From NCBI GenBank assembly GCA_038212405.1, contig JBBQUN010000003.1, forward strand, positions 1 to 54,358: DNA of 54,358 nt. The letters run 5' to 3'. This DNA comes from Acidimicrobiales bacterium (lineage in GTDB: Bacteria; Actinomycetota; Acidimicrobiia; Acidimicrobiales; SZUA-35). The position numbers and the translations under genes are program-made. Under the pieces are notes generated by a model. That model did no database searches, was not told where the DNA came from, and saw only the letters and a list, made by a program, of their open reading frames with translations. Positions 18,424 to 28,704 of the stretch are shown here, piece after piece. Positions within the stretch are counted from its first letter, which is position 1; each line of letters starts with the position of its first letter.

Positions 18424-19103
18424 CCTCCACGATCGAGCGCACGAAACCGACCCGGCCGAACGGCACCAGCCGACCGGCAGGTCTTTCCACAACGGGGACG
18501 CCGCAGCGCCGCAAGCAGATGCCCTGGGCCATCCTGGGCGTGCTCATGGTCGCGAGTGCGATCCTCGGGTTCTTCCTTTGGACGACTCAACAAGCCGAAC
18601 GTGTGCCAGTGCTCGTTGCCGCTACCGACATCGACGCTGGAGCAACGATCAGCGCAGGTGACCTGAAGCTCGTATCGATCGGTTCCGATCCGGGTGTCGT
18701 CCTTCTCGAGCAGGGGCAAGAGGCGTTGGTCGTCGGGCAGGTTGCTCGAGGACCGATCCCGACAGGGACGCCGCTCTCGGCGCTGTTGGTCGTGGCGTCC
18801 GACGCAGTCCCAGAAGGCTCGGCGGTCGTTGGCGCGTCGCTTTCGGCGGGGGAGTTCCCGACCTCGGCCCTTCGTGCCGGCGATCGCGTTGCTCTGGTCG
18901 CCGTTGTTGCTAACACTGGAGTGGTTGACGGAAGCCTTGACGATCTTGGCTCCGCCACCATCTGGACGATCGAGGATCTCACATCGTCGTCCGAGCCCCG
19001 GCTGTTCGTTTCGCTCCTCGTCGACGAAGCGAACAGTGCGGCGATCGTGAACGCAATCAGCCAGAATCGGCTCCGGCTCGTCCTTATCGGAGCGGGCTCA
19101 TGA
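18420..19103 (+). CDS. SAF-domain protein (RcpC/CpaB-like)
   Basis: TM helix, then VLVAATDIDAGATISAGDL SAF motif and LRAGDRVALV. Confidence 0.85.
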   Translation: MTSTIERTKPTRPNGTSRPAGLSTTGTPQRRKQMPWAILGVLMVASAILGFFLWTTQQAERVPVLVAATDIDAGATISAGDLKLVSIGSDPGVVLLEQGQEALVVGQVARGPIPTGTPLSALLVVASDAVPEGSAVVGASLSAGEFPTSALRAGDRVALVAVVANTGVVDGSLDDLGSATIWTIEDLTSSSEPRLFVSLLVDEANSAAIVNAISQNRLRLVLIGAGS

Positions 19104-19966
19104 TCGTCGCCTTCGGATCACGCAAAGCAAGTCCCGGTGTCACGACGTTCACGGCACTGGTCGCTGCGTTCTGGGACGAACCGGGAACGACCCGGCTGAT
19201 CATGGAAGCCGACCCCTCGGGCGGAACGTTGGCTGCTCGCTGGCAGTCAGCCCACTCGCTCACATGGAACCCGGGACTACTGGCCCTGTCCGCCCATCGG
19301 GGCACCCTCAACGCCGACACGATCCCATCCCTCGCCCAGCCTCTGGCCGACGGCCTCTTCCTGGCTGCGGCACCACCGTCGCCTCATCAGATTGGTGCGG
19401 CGCTCAAGGGACTCGGCGATCAAGGCGCTACCGATCTCGCCGGTGCTGCCGGGCTGCGGGTCTTCGCCGATTGCGGTCGGCTCAACGCCGGATCGTCAGC
19501 GCTCCCGGTCGTCCGAAGGGCCGCCCTGAACGTTCTCGTCTGTCGCCCACTTCTGGAGGAGGTCCACACCCTTCTTCCCGCTGTTGATGAGCTTCGCGAC
19601 GCCGGTTGCGTCGTTGGGTTGGTGTGTGTCGGCGACGGCCCGTACAGCGCTGGCGAAATCGCCGATCATGTTGGAATCGAGCTGCTCGGTGCCATCCCAA
19701 ACGACCCGAAGGGTGCCGGTGCGTTCGCACGAGCTGGACTGGCCGCCGGACGGTCGTTCGATCGCAGCATCCTCGGTCGAACGATGGGTGAGGTCGCAGC
19801 AGCGATCCAATCCCGGTGCCTGGCCGAGGCCACTCCCGATGCCACAACCGACGCGGTTCCCACTTCGGACAGCCCAGCCATGCACGCAAGCAGCCCCGGC
19901 CCGGTCGGATTCGCTGCGCTCGTCGGCGGCGATCAACGACCATCAACCAACGGGAGCCGACGATGA
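19100..19966 (+). CDS. MinD/ParA-like TadZ/CpaE protein
   Basis: Deviant Walker A SRKASPGVTT, EADPSGG, ADCGR, LLGAIPND. Confidence 0.85.
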   Translation: MIVAFGSRKASPGVTTFTALVAAFWDEPGTTRLIMEADPSGGTLAARWQSAHSLTWNPGLLALSAHRGTLNADTIPSLAQPLADGLFLAAAPPSPHQIGAALKGLGDQGATDLAGAAGLRVFADCGRLNAGSSALPVVRRAALNVLVCRPLLEEVHTLLPAVDELRDAGCVVGLVCVGDGPYSAGEIADHVGIELLGAIPNDPKGAGAFARAGLAAGRSFDRSILGRTMGEVAAAIQSRCLAEATPDATTDAVPTSDSPAMHASSPGPVGFAALVGGDQRPSTNGSRR

Positions 19967-21282
19967 CAGCGATGAACGAACTGGTCCAGGAGATCTGCCG
20001 GAACGTCACTCGCATGGTCTCGGACTGGGAGAATCGCCAACAAGCGGAGACCGGACGAGCGCCGTCCACCGAGGCCTCAGCTGCATGGGGAGAGCAGGCG
20101 ATCATCCGGGCCGTGGAAATGGCGAGCCAGGTTCGCATGGTCGACGGACGGTCACCATTGACCCCGATTGAGGAGGACCAAGCAATCGACGAAGTTCGAT
20201 CGCAAGTCTTCGGCCTCGGTGTTCTCGATCGCCTGATGGCCGACCCCGGCAACGAGAACATTCTTGCCAACGGACACGACAACGTCACCCTCGTCAAGGT
20301 TGGCGGTAGGCGCGTGCCCGGTCCGCCGCTTGCTTCCAGCGCTCAGGCGCTCGACGACCTCGTTCGCAGGCTTGCCGCCATGGCAGGGCGCACCGAACGC
20401 CGCTTCGACGATGCTCAGCCATACGTCGATCTCCGACTCCCCGATGGGAGCCGGATGCATGCGATCAAGACGGTTACCAATCGGCTGTACCTGTCGATCC
20501 GGATCCACCGCCACATGACGATCACGCTCGATGAGCTCATTGGGCTTGGAACCATCGACCCGACGCTCGCCCACGTACTCGAGTGTGCCGTACGGCCTCC
20601 TCTGCCTTGTTCGATCCTTATCGCCGGAGGCACCGACACGGGTAAGACAACCTTCGCTCGGGGCCTGATCTCGGCGATCCCACCCGACGAGCGGCTGGTC
20701 GTGATCGAGGACAACAGCGAACTCGGTCTCGAACTCGACCCGAAGCGCGCACCGCATGTGGTGGAGATGGAGGTTCGTCAACCGAACATCGAAGGTGTCG
20801 GGGGGATCGGCATGGATGTACTCGGCCGTCAGGCGTTGCGCATGCGACCCGATCGGGTGATCGTCGGCGAGACGCGGACAGGCGACGAGGTTCGCACGAT
20901 GCTCGATGCAATGAACTCGGGCCACGAGGGATCGATGACCACGATCCACGCCGACTCCTCACTCTCGGCGCTCACAAAGATGCAGACGCTGGCCCTTACC
21001 GGTTCCGATGCGCTCAGCATGGAGGCGTCCGCCCACCTGATCAGCCTCGTGCTGCACCTGGTGATCCACGTAACCAAGCTGCCCGACGGACGGCGAGCGG
21101 TGACCTCTGTTCGAGAGATCACCGGTGCCCACGGTTCGCAGATCCAATCCATCGAAGTGTTCGCGGCTGGACCGGATGGCGTCGCCCGACCGACCAACTC
21201 CGGATTCAGCCAACGGTTGCTCGACCGACTCCGGGCATCGGGCTACGACCACGTTCGCGCCCTCGGAGACGAAGCGGCATGA
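19963..21282 (+). CDS. tadA: Tad pilus ATPase TadA/CpaF
   Basis: GGTDTGKT, VIEDNSEL, ALRMRPDRVIVGE, GHEGSMTTIHA. Confidence 0.95.
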   Translation: MTAMNELVQEICRNVTRMVSDWENRQQAETGRAPSTEASAAWGEQAIIRAVEMASQVRMVDGRSPLTPIEEDQAIDEVRSQVFGLGVLDRLMADPGNENILANGHDNVTLVKVGGRRVPGPPLASSAQALDDLVRRLAAMAGRTERRFDDAQPYVDLRLPDGSRMHAIKTVTNRLYLSIRIHRHMTITLDELIGLGTIDPTLAHVLECAVRPPLPCSILIAGGTDTGKTTFARGLISAIPPDERLVVIEDNSELGLELDPKRAPHVVEMEVRQPNIEGVGGIGMDVLGRQALRMRPDRVIVGETRTGDEVRTMLDAMNSGHEGSMTTIHADSSLSALTKMQTLALTGSDALSMEASAHLISLVLHLVIHVTKLPDGRRAVTSVREITGAHGSQIQSIEVFAAGPDGVARPTNSGFSQRLLDRLRASGYDHVRALGDEAA

Positions 21283-22142
21283 GCCTCATCGTCTCGATCA
21301 TGGCCGGCACTGGGGTCGGCATCGGCCTCCTGCTGATCATCCTCGGGCTACGAGGTATCGAGGAAACTGACGGGGCCTCGCAGCCGAGCCGATCGATCTT
21401 CGACAGGTTTGCCGACTTCGACCGAGTCCGTCTTCGGATCGGTCTGGCCGTCGGTGGTTCGTTGGCGGTCGGCTTGGTGACCGGCTGGCCGGTCGCCGTG
21501 CTCCTCACCTTCGGAGGAGGGCTCGCGGCACCGACCATTGCCGGAGCACAGAAGCGGCGTGAGCACGCTGTGGCGCTCACCGAAGCAGTGGCCACGTGGG
21601 CCGAGCAACTGCGCGACACGATCAGTTCGGCGGCGGGCCTTCAGGAAGCGATTGCGGTGACAGCCAAGGTCGCTCCGAAGGAAATCCGAGCCGAGGTGAA
21701 CGACCTGGCCCTCGCGATGCGTCGAACGCCGTTGCCGATCTTGCTGCGACAGTTCGCCAACGCCGTCGATGATCCAGCAGCCGACCAGGTAGCCATCGCA
21801 CTGATCCTCGCGTCCGAACGTCGAGGACAGAATCTCGTCGGCCTTCTCACCGACGTCGCTGAAGCAGCACGCGAGGAAGCGACCATGCGGATGCGGACCG
21901 AGACGTCTCGGGCCCAGACCTACTCAGACGCACGTGCCGTCACCTACATCGTGCTGGGCATGTTCGGGGTGCTGCTGGTGATGAGCCGCGGCTACCTCGA
22001 TCCGTTCGACTCGTTGACCGGACAGGTCGTGCTCGCAGTCGTCGGGTCGCTGTGGGTCGGCGCCTTCTACGGACTCGCGCAGCTCTCGAGAGTGCGGCGG
22101 TCACCTCGCATCCTGAAGCTCGATGTACTGGAGGTTGTCTGA
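21279..22142 (+). CDS. tadB: TadB (T2SSF family) membrane protein
   Basis: Multi-TM, WAEQLRDTISSAAGL, YLDPFDS..GQ. Immediately after tadA. Confidence 0.88.
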   Translation: MSLIVSIMAGTGVGIGLLLIILGLRGIEETDGASQPSRSIFDRFADFDRVRLRIGLAVGGSLAVGLVTGWPVAVLLTFGGGLAAPTIAGAQKRREHAVALTEAVATWAEQLRDTISSAAGLQEAIAVTAKVAPKEIRAEVNDLALAMRRTPLPILLRQFANAVDDPAADQVAIALILASERRGQNLVGLLTDVAEAAREEATMRMRTETSRAQTYSDARAVTYIVLGMFGVLLVMSRGYLDPFDSLTGQVVLAVVGSLWVGAFYGLAQLSRVRRSPRILKLDVLEVV

Positions 22143-23032
22143 TGATCGTTCCAATGCTGCTGGGAGCAGTCCTCGGGTTCGGATTGTGGTGTCTCCTCCG
22201 ATCACTCGTCGTTCCCACCCCGATGCTCGGACCGGCCCTTGCCTCGCTCTCCGTGCCTCGCCACGATCGATCGTCGAGTGCTGCGAGCACGTTCGACGGT
22301 CACGCACAGCGATTCGGTGCATGGATCCTCGCCGTCACCGGGACCGACATGAGCGGGCTGCAATGCGACCTCGCCGTTGTCGATCGATCCGAGGCGGAGC
22401 AACTGGTCCAGCGGATCAAGACCGCCGTGGTTTATGCAGCGCTGCCAACGCTGCTCCACCTCTCCCCGTTGCTGCTCACCGGTTCGACGGTGTTCCCAAC
22501 TGGCGTGATCTTGGTTGCGGTGCTGGGCGGGCTCGCTGGCGGGTGGTACGGCACCGACGCGCAGATTCGTTCACGAGCCAAGGTTCGCCGAACCGAGTTC
22601 GAATCCACTCTCACGACCTATCTCGGGTTGGTCTCGATCCTCCTCGCCGCCGGAGCCGGAACCCAGCAAGCACTTCAGGATGCAGTCGAGCAAGGAGACG
22701 GCTGGGCGTTCGGTGTACTCCGTCGCACCCTCGCCGACGCCCGGATTCGTGGAATCTCACCGTGGGAGGCGATGGGGGAGCAGGGCGAACGGCTCAACCT
22801 CGATGCGCTACGGGATCTGTCATCGACGATGGAGCTGGCAGGCAACTCCGGCGCCCATATCCGTGAGTCGCTTCTCACCAAGGCTCGAGCGCTCCGCAAT
22901 CACCACCTCGCCGACATCGAACGCGAAGCGTCGAGCCGGACCACCGCCATGGCCGGTCCGACCGGCCTGCTGATGGCCGGGTTCGTCGTCCTCTTGCTCT
23001 ATCCAGCTCTCGCCGCCGTACTCGCTATCTGA
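22142..23032 (+). CDS. tadC: TadC (T2SSF family) membrane protein
   Basis: TM helices, LAAGAG..QAL, L..KARALR, C-terminal LLYPAL. Confidence 0.88.
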   Translation: MIVPMLLGAVLGFGLWCLLRSLVVPTPMLGPALASLSVPRHDRSSSAASTFDGHAQRFGAWILAVTGTDMSGLQCDLAVVDRSEAEQLVQRIKTAVVYAALPTLLHLSPLLLTGSTVFPTGVILVAVLGGLAGGWYGTDAQIRSRAKVRRTEFESTLTTYLGLVSILLAAGAGTQQALQDAVEQGDGWAFGVLRRTLADARIRGISPWEAMGEQGERLNLDALRDLSSTMELAGNSGAHIRESLLTKARALRNHHLADIEREASSRTTAMAGPTGLLMAGFVVLLLYPALAAVLAI

Positions 23033-23087
23033 GACGACGCAACCTCTGGCCCCGGCCGGAAACCAACAATCCAATCAGGGAGACATC

Positions 23088-23321
23088 ATGCACAACAGCG
23101 ATCGAATTCAACAGACCAGCGTCCGGGCTCATGTCCACACGCACCTACTCGGGGAACGTTGTCGGGAGGCACTCGCCGCCCGCCTCGACGTGAAGGACGA
23201 ACGGGGCGACGTCGCTCCACTGACGATCGGCATTGGAGTCATGGCCGCCCTTGCACTCGCAGTCGGGGCAATCATCACAGCGAAGGTCGTCGGCAAGGCC
23301 AACGCAATCAGCCTCGACTGA
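23088..23321 (+). CDS. Flp-type major pilin
   Basis: DERG cleavage site, then a hydrophobic helix; GGGAG RBS. No Glu at +5. Confidence 0.75.
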   Translation: MHNSDRIQQTSVRAHVHTHLLGERCREALAARLDVKDERGDVAPLTIGIGVMAALALAVGAIITAKVVGKANAISLD

Positions 23322-23359
23322 TCACGCAGCTCGCAGCGAGGAGAAAGGAGCCGACGACT

Positions 23360-23824
23360 ATGGAGCCGTTAGCCGAACCGGAAATGGCCGTTCCCGGCTT
23401 CACCGCCCATCGCGCGTTCATCGGCCCAGCACCGAGGGACCGTCGGCTTCGTGGCGACGACGGCAGCGTTGCGCCGCTGGTGATTCTCACCCCGATCATT
23501 GTCTTTCTGGTGACGTGGGTCGTGCAGATTGGCCTCTACTTCCACGCTCGTTCGATCGTCGAAGCGGCGGCACAAGACGGCGCTCGTGCGGCACAGATCG
23601 AGAACGGAACGTCGGCAGACGCTGCTGCGGCTGCCGGCCAAATCCTGTCTGGCAGCCGAAATCTGATCACCGAGACTTCGATCGATGTCGACGCCAAGGT
23701 CGACACCGTGACCGTCACGGTCAGCGGCAATGTCCAGAACGTCCTGCCCTTCTGGGGCGGAGGTTCGATCAAAGCAACCGCATCTGGTCCGGTGGAACGA
23801 TTCCGCTCCGAAAGTGAACGATGA
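23360..23824 (+). CDS. TadE-like pseudopilin
   Basis: DDG-SVAPLVIL.P, AAAQDGARAA; AAGGAG RBS. Confidence 0.85.
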   Translation: MEPLAEPEMAVPGFTAHRAFIGPAPRDRRLRGDDGSVAPLVILTPIIVFLVTWVVQIGLYFHARSIVEAAAQDGARAAQIENGTSADAAAAAGQILSGSRNLITETSIDVDAKVDTVTVTVSGNVQNVLPFWGGGSIKATASGPVERFRSESER

Positions 23825-24234
23825 ACCGGCGGAGCGAACGAGGGTCGGCGACGGCAGAGGTCGCCATCCTGGTGCCGACGGTCGTGCTTCTCGTCGGATT
23901 CGTGGTCCTCGTCGGACGATTGTCCACCACCCAACAAGGCGTCAACTCCGCCTCGGCCGACGCTGCACGAGCCGCATCGATTCGGCAGGATCCATGGGCC
24001 GCTCAAGCTGACGGCGTCGCAGCGGCAGCCGAAACGCTCGGCGACCAAAGGGTGTCGTGCGCCGTGCTCGACACTTCCATCGACACCGCCCGGCTCGAAC
24101 CCGGCGGCATCGTGACCGCAACCGTGACCTGCACGGTCGGACTCGGCGACCTGCTCGGCCTTGGCATCCCGGGCTCCCGACAGGTCACCAGCAGTTCGTC
24201 GTCGACCGTCGACCGCTACCGAGGCGGATCATGA
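23821..24234 (+). CDS. TadE-like pseudopilin
   Basis: ERG-SATAEVAILVP, ADAARAAS, VTC.V...DL, VDRYR. Confidence 0.88.
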   Translation: MNRRSERGSATAEVAILVPTVVLLVGFVVLVGRLSTTQQGVNSASADAARAASIRQDPWAAQADGVAAAAETLGDQRVSCAVLDTSIDTARLEPGGIVTATVTCTVGLGDLLGLGIPGSRQVTSSSSSTVDRYRGGS

Positions 24235-24653
24235 CTACGGCAGCTCGGGCGGGTGAACGCGGGTCGGTCACGGTGTGGATCGTCGTCATGGCGATGCCGC
24301 TCATGATCGTTGCCGGACTCGTATTCGATGGCGGTCGGATTCTGGCCGAGCGACGCGAAGCGCTCGACGTCGCACAGAATGCGGCACGCGCCGGGGCTCA
24401 GGCCGTCGATGTAAGTGCAGTTCGCAGCGGTGACCTCCGGCTCGACCCGCAACTGGTCCAACTCGCAGCCCAGGACTATCTGACAGCGACCGGCCACACC
24501 GGGGCAGTCTCGATCGACGGCGCGAGCGTGACCGTGACGGTGACCAACACCGTCGACATGCAACTTCTCAGTGCCATCGGCATCGGTGAGAAGACCGTCA
24601 CCGGAACCTCAACAGCCCGCCTGGTGCGCGGCGTCGAAGGAGCAGACGAATGA
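24231..24653 (+). CDS. TadG-like pseudopilin
   Basis: ERG-SVTVW, GLVFDGG, AQNAARAGAQ. Confidence 0.85.
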   Translation: MTTAARAGERGSVTVWIVVMAMPLMIVAGLVFDGGRILAERREALDVAQNAARAGAQAVDVSAVRSGDLRLDPQLVQLAAQDYLTATGHTGAVSIDGASVTVTVTNTVDMQLLSAIGIGEKTVTGTSTARLVRGVEGADE

Positions 24654-27600
24654 ACAGGGCAATCTCTGCCATCAGGCCGACCACCATCAGCGCGGCGGCA
24701 ATCGCCGTGTTGGGCGGCGTTCCGTATTGCCTTCTGGCCTACGTCGGGAACCCGCTGCCCACGATCGTCCCGAGCGCCGCCGACATCGGCAACGCGCTCA
24801 GCAACGGGCAGATCGATCCGCAGACTTGGATCAAGGCGCTCGCGTGCGTCGTCTGGGTGGCATGGGCACTGCTCACGCTCAGCCTTGTCGTCGAGGTCGC
24901 CGCCGTCGTCCGTGGCGGAACGGCTGCCGCCGTCCGCGGTCTGGGATCAACGCAATGGCTCGCCTCCCGTCTCGTTGGACAGATCAGCTTGGTCGCTGCT
25001 GTCGTCTTCCAGTCGTCGGCTGGGGTCGCTTCGGCTCTGCCGGCGCCACCACTGGCCTCGATCCACCACGATTCCTCACCCGACGCTCGTGCTGCAGCGT
25101 CAACATCGACTCCGGCGTCTTCGGATGACGATGCTGCAGTCCACCAACCAAGCGCCGTCGACATCGAAGTGGGTCGACACGAATCCCTCTGGGGTTTGGC
25201 CGAGACGCACCTGGGCGACGGTGATCGCTGGAGCGAGATCCGTGACGCAAACATCGGCCGGATCATGCCCGACGGAGTCGAGCTCAAAGCAGGCTTCACG
25301 ACCATCCAAGAAGGTTGGACGCTGAGAATTCCCGGTGGGGACATGGCGCCATCGTCGGAAGGCGATAGCGGGACCTCGAACGCACCCGACCGGATCGGGA
25401 CATGGAAGGTCGAACCGGGCGACCACTTCTGGCAGATCGCCGACACGGTACTGACCGCCTCTTGGGGGAGAGCGGTGACCGACGCCGAGATCCACCCGTA
25501 CTGGGTCGAGATTGTCAACGCGAACATCCGCCACCTCACCAGTCCCGGTTCCAACCCCGACCTGATCTACCCAGAGGAGGACTTTGACATCTTCCTTCCA
25601 CCGCTTCCTTCGGATACCCGCGCCGGTGGTGACGCTGCGGCCACGACCACCCTGCACCCGCTCGACGACCTCGATCAGTTCACTTCGTCTGTCACGCTCG
25701 ACACATCCACCGCATCACAGTTGCCACCCGCTCCTGTCGTCGAAGTGCCCGCCGATGCCGATCGCTCGGACGAAGACACCATCCCGGGCATCACGGTCGT
25801 TCCGACGACGGCCGTCCCAACCACGGCCGCCCCCGTAGTGACCGCCGTCGTCGTCGAAGTGCCAGAAGCTTCTCCAGAATCAAGAAGAACCGAGCGTGAC
25901 CTCCGGCCGATCGCGCTCGGCATCTTCGGGACAGCCATCGGCGGCGGCGCATTGATGGCAGCACTCCGGTCACGGCGGCGGCAACAGGCCGCCAGGCGTC
26001 GACCTGGAACGACGATCACGGATCCGCCGATCGAAGCATCAGATTTCGAGAAGCGGATCCGGCCAGTTGGCAGCACCGATGGGGTCAGGTGGCTCACTGC
26101 AACCAATCAGTTCCTCTCGCATCGCCTTGCCCTCCATCCGGAGAGCCGGTTGCCTGCCGTGGTCGCCATGCGAGCGGGGCACTTCGGCGTGGAGCTCTTG
26201 CTCGACGATGCTTGCCCACCAGTGCAGGGATTCATCGACGGGGGAGAGAAGGGCATGGCCTGGCGTCTTCACCCCGACCTCGATCTGCGGATGCTCGAGT
26301 CCGAAGCAGCGCACGCGCACTCCTATTGTCCGGGTCTACTTACCGTTGGCAGCACTGATGCCGGCGACCTGCTCCTGGACTTCGAGCAACTCGGTTCGGT
26401 CTCAGTCACCGGCGACGAGGAGACGATCATCGGCTGGATGCGATCCATCGCCGCAGGCGTCACGTCCGTCTCCTGGGCGCAGCGATGCCGGGTCGTCGCC
26501 ATTGGTGTTGACGATTCGCTGGCCGGTATCGAGCAGGTAGTGGTTCCAGCCGACCCGCATGCGTGGTCGCAGGAGATCAAGGCGTCGATGACGGCGACCG
26601 CACAACGGCTCGACGCATCTCCGTACGAGCAGCGGGTGAAGCCGGGTGAGCTGCACTACCCGACGCTCGTGCTGATTGGTCCTGGAAACGAGGGCATCGC
26701 CCAATTCCTGGCACCGATCGGCGACCTGGCGTATTCGCCGTTCGCCGTCATAGCCGCCGCGCCGCTGACCGGCGAGGCCCGGATCGAGATGTTCCCAGGG
26801 CGGGCGACGATCGAGCCGCTCGGCATCGAATTCGTTCCGGTGACGACCGAGTCCGCTGCAATTGGGCTCGCGGTCGACCTGCTCGCCGCAACCGGCGACA
26901 CGATCACTGTCCCCTCCGAGCTGCTCGACGATCCCGGACCGCCCGAACTGCTGGAGGGACCGGCATGGCTCTACGACGGCACGTTTGACGAACCGGTCGA
27001 CTTCAACAACGGAGTCGATGACCTGTTCCTTGAGCCTCCGCTGCAGCAGCCCGAAGCGACAGAACTCCCTGACGCAACCGTGGATTTGATCGTTGAGGAT
27101 TCAGAACACCAATCCGCAGCTCGTTCGACGGAGAGAGATCTACCTGCCGGTCTTGAGTCAACTCCTTTGGTCGACATCGACTTGGCCAAGCCGGTTGACG
27201 TGCCACCGCAGGTCGCAGGTGTCGATGATTCGTCCGATCTCGAGACAGCAGCAACTCCTCCCGGATCGACCGTGATTGAAGGCGGCGCTCCTGAATCGCC
27301 CGACGTCGACGAAGCTCCGGCCGAGCTCGACGACAAGGTCGATGAAATCGACGTTCGTCAAGATGTAGTGCCATCAGCGCTGACGCCCAGTCAGCCCATC
27401 GGGGAGTTCATCTCGTCGGTGCTCGCTGGGCACCGAGTCGAAGTGAGGATTCTTCAATCGGTGCCAGAGGTCATCGGGCTCGACGAGTCGCCTCAAGCCA
27501 AGCTCGAAGCGGTCATCGTGTACCTCGCTTACCACCGAACAGTGTCCTCGGATCGGTTGCGGCAAGCGTTCTGGCCGACGGCGGCAAACCGTAAGTCGTG

Positions 27601-28222
27601 CGACAACGCCATGGCGACCATTCGCAGCCTGCTTGGCACCGCGATGAATGGCGATCAGCTGCTTTCGGTTGCGACCAACACCGGCCGGTTTGCGGTGGAT
27701 GACGAGCTTGGCTGTGACTGGTCCCGAGTCGAGGTGCTAGTCAATCGAGCGAAGTCAGTGAGCGAAGCGACGGACAAGATGGCGCTGCTCGAGGCCGCTG
27801 TTGGTCTCATCACCGGCAGGCCCGCCGCAGACGCTGCGCCAAGGCACTACTCCTGGATTCTCGATGACGAGGAGGTCTACACCCGGATCGAGACGATGCT
27901 CACCGACGCGAGCTACCAGCTTGGTCGGCTGGCGATCGACGCCAGTTTGCCTGACCTCGCATGGTGGGCCGCCGAACAGGCATTGCGAGTGGTCCACGGT
28001 CAGGAAGCGCTGTACCGCATCCAGATGGAAGCAGCCGATATGGGCGGAAACCGGCAAGGAGTTGATGACGCCTATCGTGCCGCCGTTCGCTCGGCCCAGG
28101 CCCTCTCCGAATGGGAGGAAGTCCAACCCGAGACCGAGGAGCTCTACAACAAGCTCACCCGCAAGCTCTCCGCGGGATCTGCTCGAGCGGGCGTTGTCCA
28201 GAATGGCGACGCTAGTCGGTGA
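24650..28222 (+). CDS. Membrane protein with two LysM-like domains and C-terminal BTAD (SARP-type activator) domain
   Basis: N-terminal TMs; ESLWGLAETHLGDG.RW.EI...N and PGDHFWQIA...PDLIYP (LysM); internal TM; CDW...LEAAVGLITGRP...EALYR..M (BTAD). Confidence 0.82.
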   Translation: MNRAISAIRPTTISAAAIAVLGGVPYCLLAYVGNPLPTIVPSAADIGNALSNGQIDPQTWIKALACVVWVAWALLTLSLVVEVAAVVRGGTAAAVRGLGSTQWLASRLVGQISLVAAVVFQSSAGVASALPAPPLASIHHDSSPDARAAASTSTPASSDDDAAVHQPSAVDIEVGRHESLWGLAETHLGDGDRWSEIRDANIGRIMPDGVELKAGFTTIQEGWTLRIPGGDMAPSSEGDSGTSNAPDRIGTWKVEPGDHFWQIADTVLTASWGRAVTDAEIHPYWVEIVNANIRHLTSPGSNPDLIYPEEDFDIFLPPLPSDTRAGGDAAATTTLHPLDDLDQFTSSVTLDTSTASQLPPAPVVEVPADADRSDEDTIPGITVVPTTAVPTTAAPVVTAVVVEVPEASPESRRTERDLRPIALGIFGTAIGGGALMAALRSRRRQQAARRRPGTTITDPPIEASDFEKRIRPVGSTDGVRWLTATNQFLSHRLALHPESRLPAVVAMRAGHFGVELLLDDACPPVQGFIDGGEKGMAWRLHPDLDLRMLESEAAHAHSYCPGLLTVGSTDAGDLLLDFEQLGSVSVTGDEETIIGWMRSIAAGVTSVSWAQRCRVVAIGVDDSLAGIEQVVVPADPHAWSQEIKASMTATAQRLDASPYEQRVKPGELHYPTLVLIGPGNEGIAQFLAPIGDLAYSPFAVIAAAPLTGEARIEMFPGRATIEPLGIEFVPVTTESAAIGLAVDLLAATGDTITVPSELLDDPGPPELLEGPAWLYDGTFDEPVDFNNGVDDLFLEPPLQQPEATELPDATVDLIVEDSEHQSAARSTERDLPAGLESTPLVDIDLAKPVDVPPQVAGVDDSSDLETAATPPGSTVIEGGAPESPDVDEAPAELDDKVDEIDVRQDVVPSALTPSQPIGEFISSVLAGHRVEVRILQSVPEVIGLDESPQAKLEAVIVYLAYHRTVSSDRLRQAFWPTAANRKSCDNAMATIRSLLGTAMNGDQLLSVATNTGRFAVDDELGCDWSRVEVLVNRAKSVSEATDKMALLEAAVGLITGRPAADAAPRHYSWILDDEEVYTRIETMLTDASYQLGRLAIDASLPDLAWWAAEQALRVVHGQEALYRIQMEAADMGGNRQGVDDAYRAAVRSAQALSEWEEVQPETEELYNKLTRKLSAGSARAGVVQNGDASR

Positions 28223-28255
28223 GGTGGACCTGGCCAGGAAGGCGTGGGTGACCCC

Positions 28256-28666
28256 TCAACCCAGTCGTCGGCCGGAACGCTCGTCAGCTACTGGATCAGG
28301 CGGGTGCCCGAGGCATCTCAGCCAAGTGGCGGGTTGAGCGGCTCGAATTCTCCAGAGTGATGCAGCCTTCCATCTCAAGGCATTCGGATCAGAACTCCCA
28401 CCAAGTGTGCTGACCAGCGAGATTGACATCGCTCCTGCAGCATCTGTTGCCAGTAGAGCTTGGTCAGGCTTGACGACGTGGCGGAAGGTCCGATCCTCGT
28501 GCAATCGCCAAACAAGGCGCCGAGACCTTGACTCGTCGAACGCTTCTTGCTGTCGCCCTGATTGCTGGCCAGACCGCCACAGGTAGTCGTAGACAGCCGG
28601 AACCACATTGGCCGCGTTGACAGATATCGCCTTACCCGCATCCTTCTCGCCCGCCTCGTCTGTCAT
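28256..28666 (-). CDS. Hypothetical protein or gene remnant
   Basis: 136-aa ORF filling the intergenic gap; no recognised motif. Confidence 0.25.
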   Translation of the reverse strand: MTDEAGEKDAGKAISVNAANVVPAVYDYLWRSGQQSGRQQEAFDESRSRRLVWRLHEDRTFRHVVKPDQALLATDAAGAMSISLVSTLGGSSDPNALRWKAASLWRIRAAQPATWLRCLGHPPDPVADERSGRRLG

Positions 28667-28704
28667 CGACGGAAGGATTCTCTCGGAACAGGTCGTGCAG
28701 ACCG

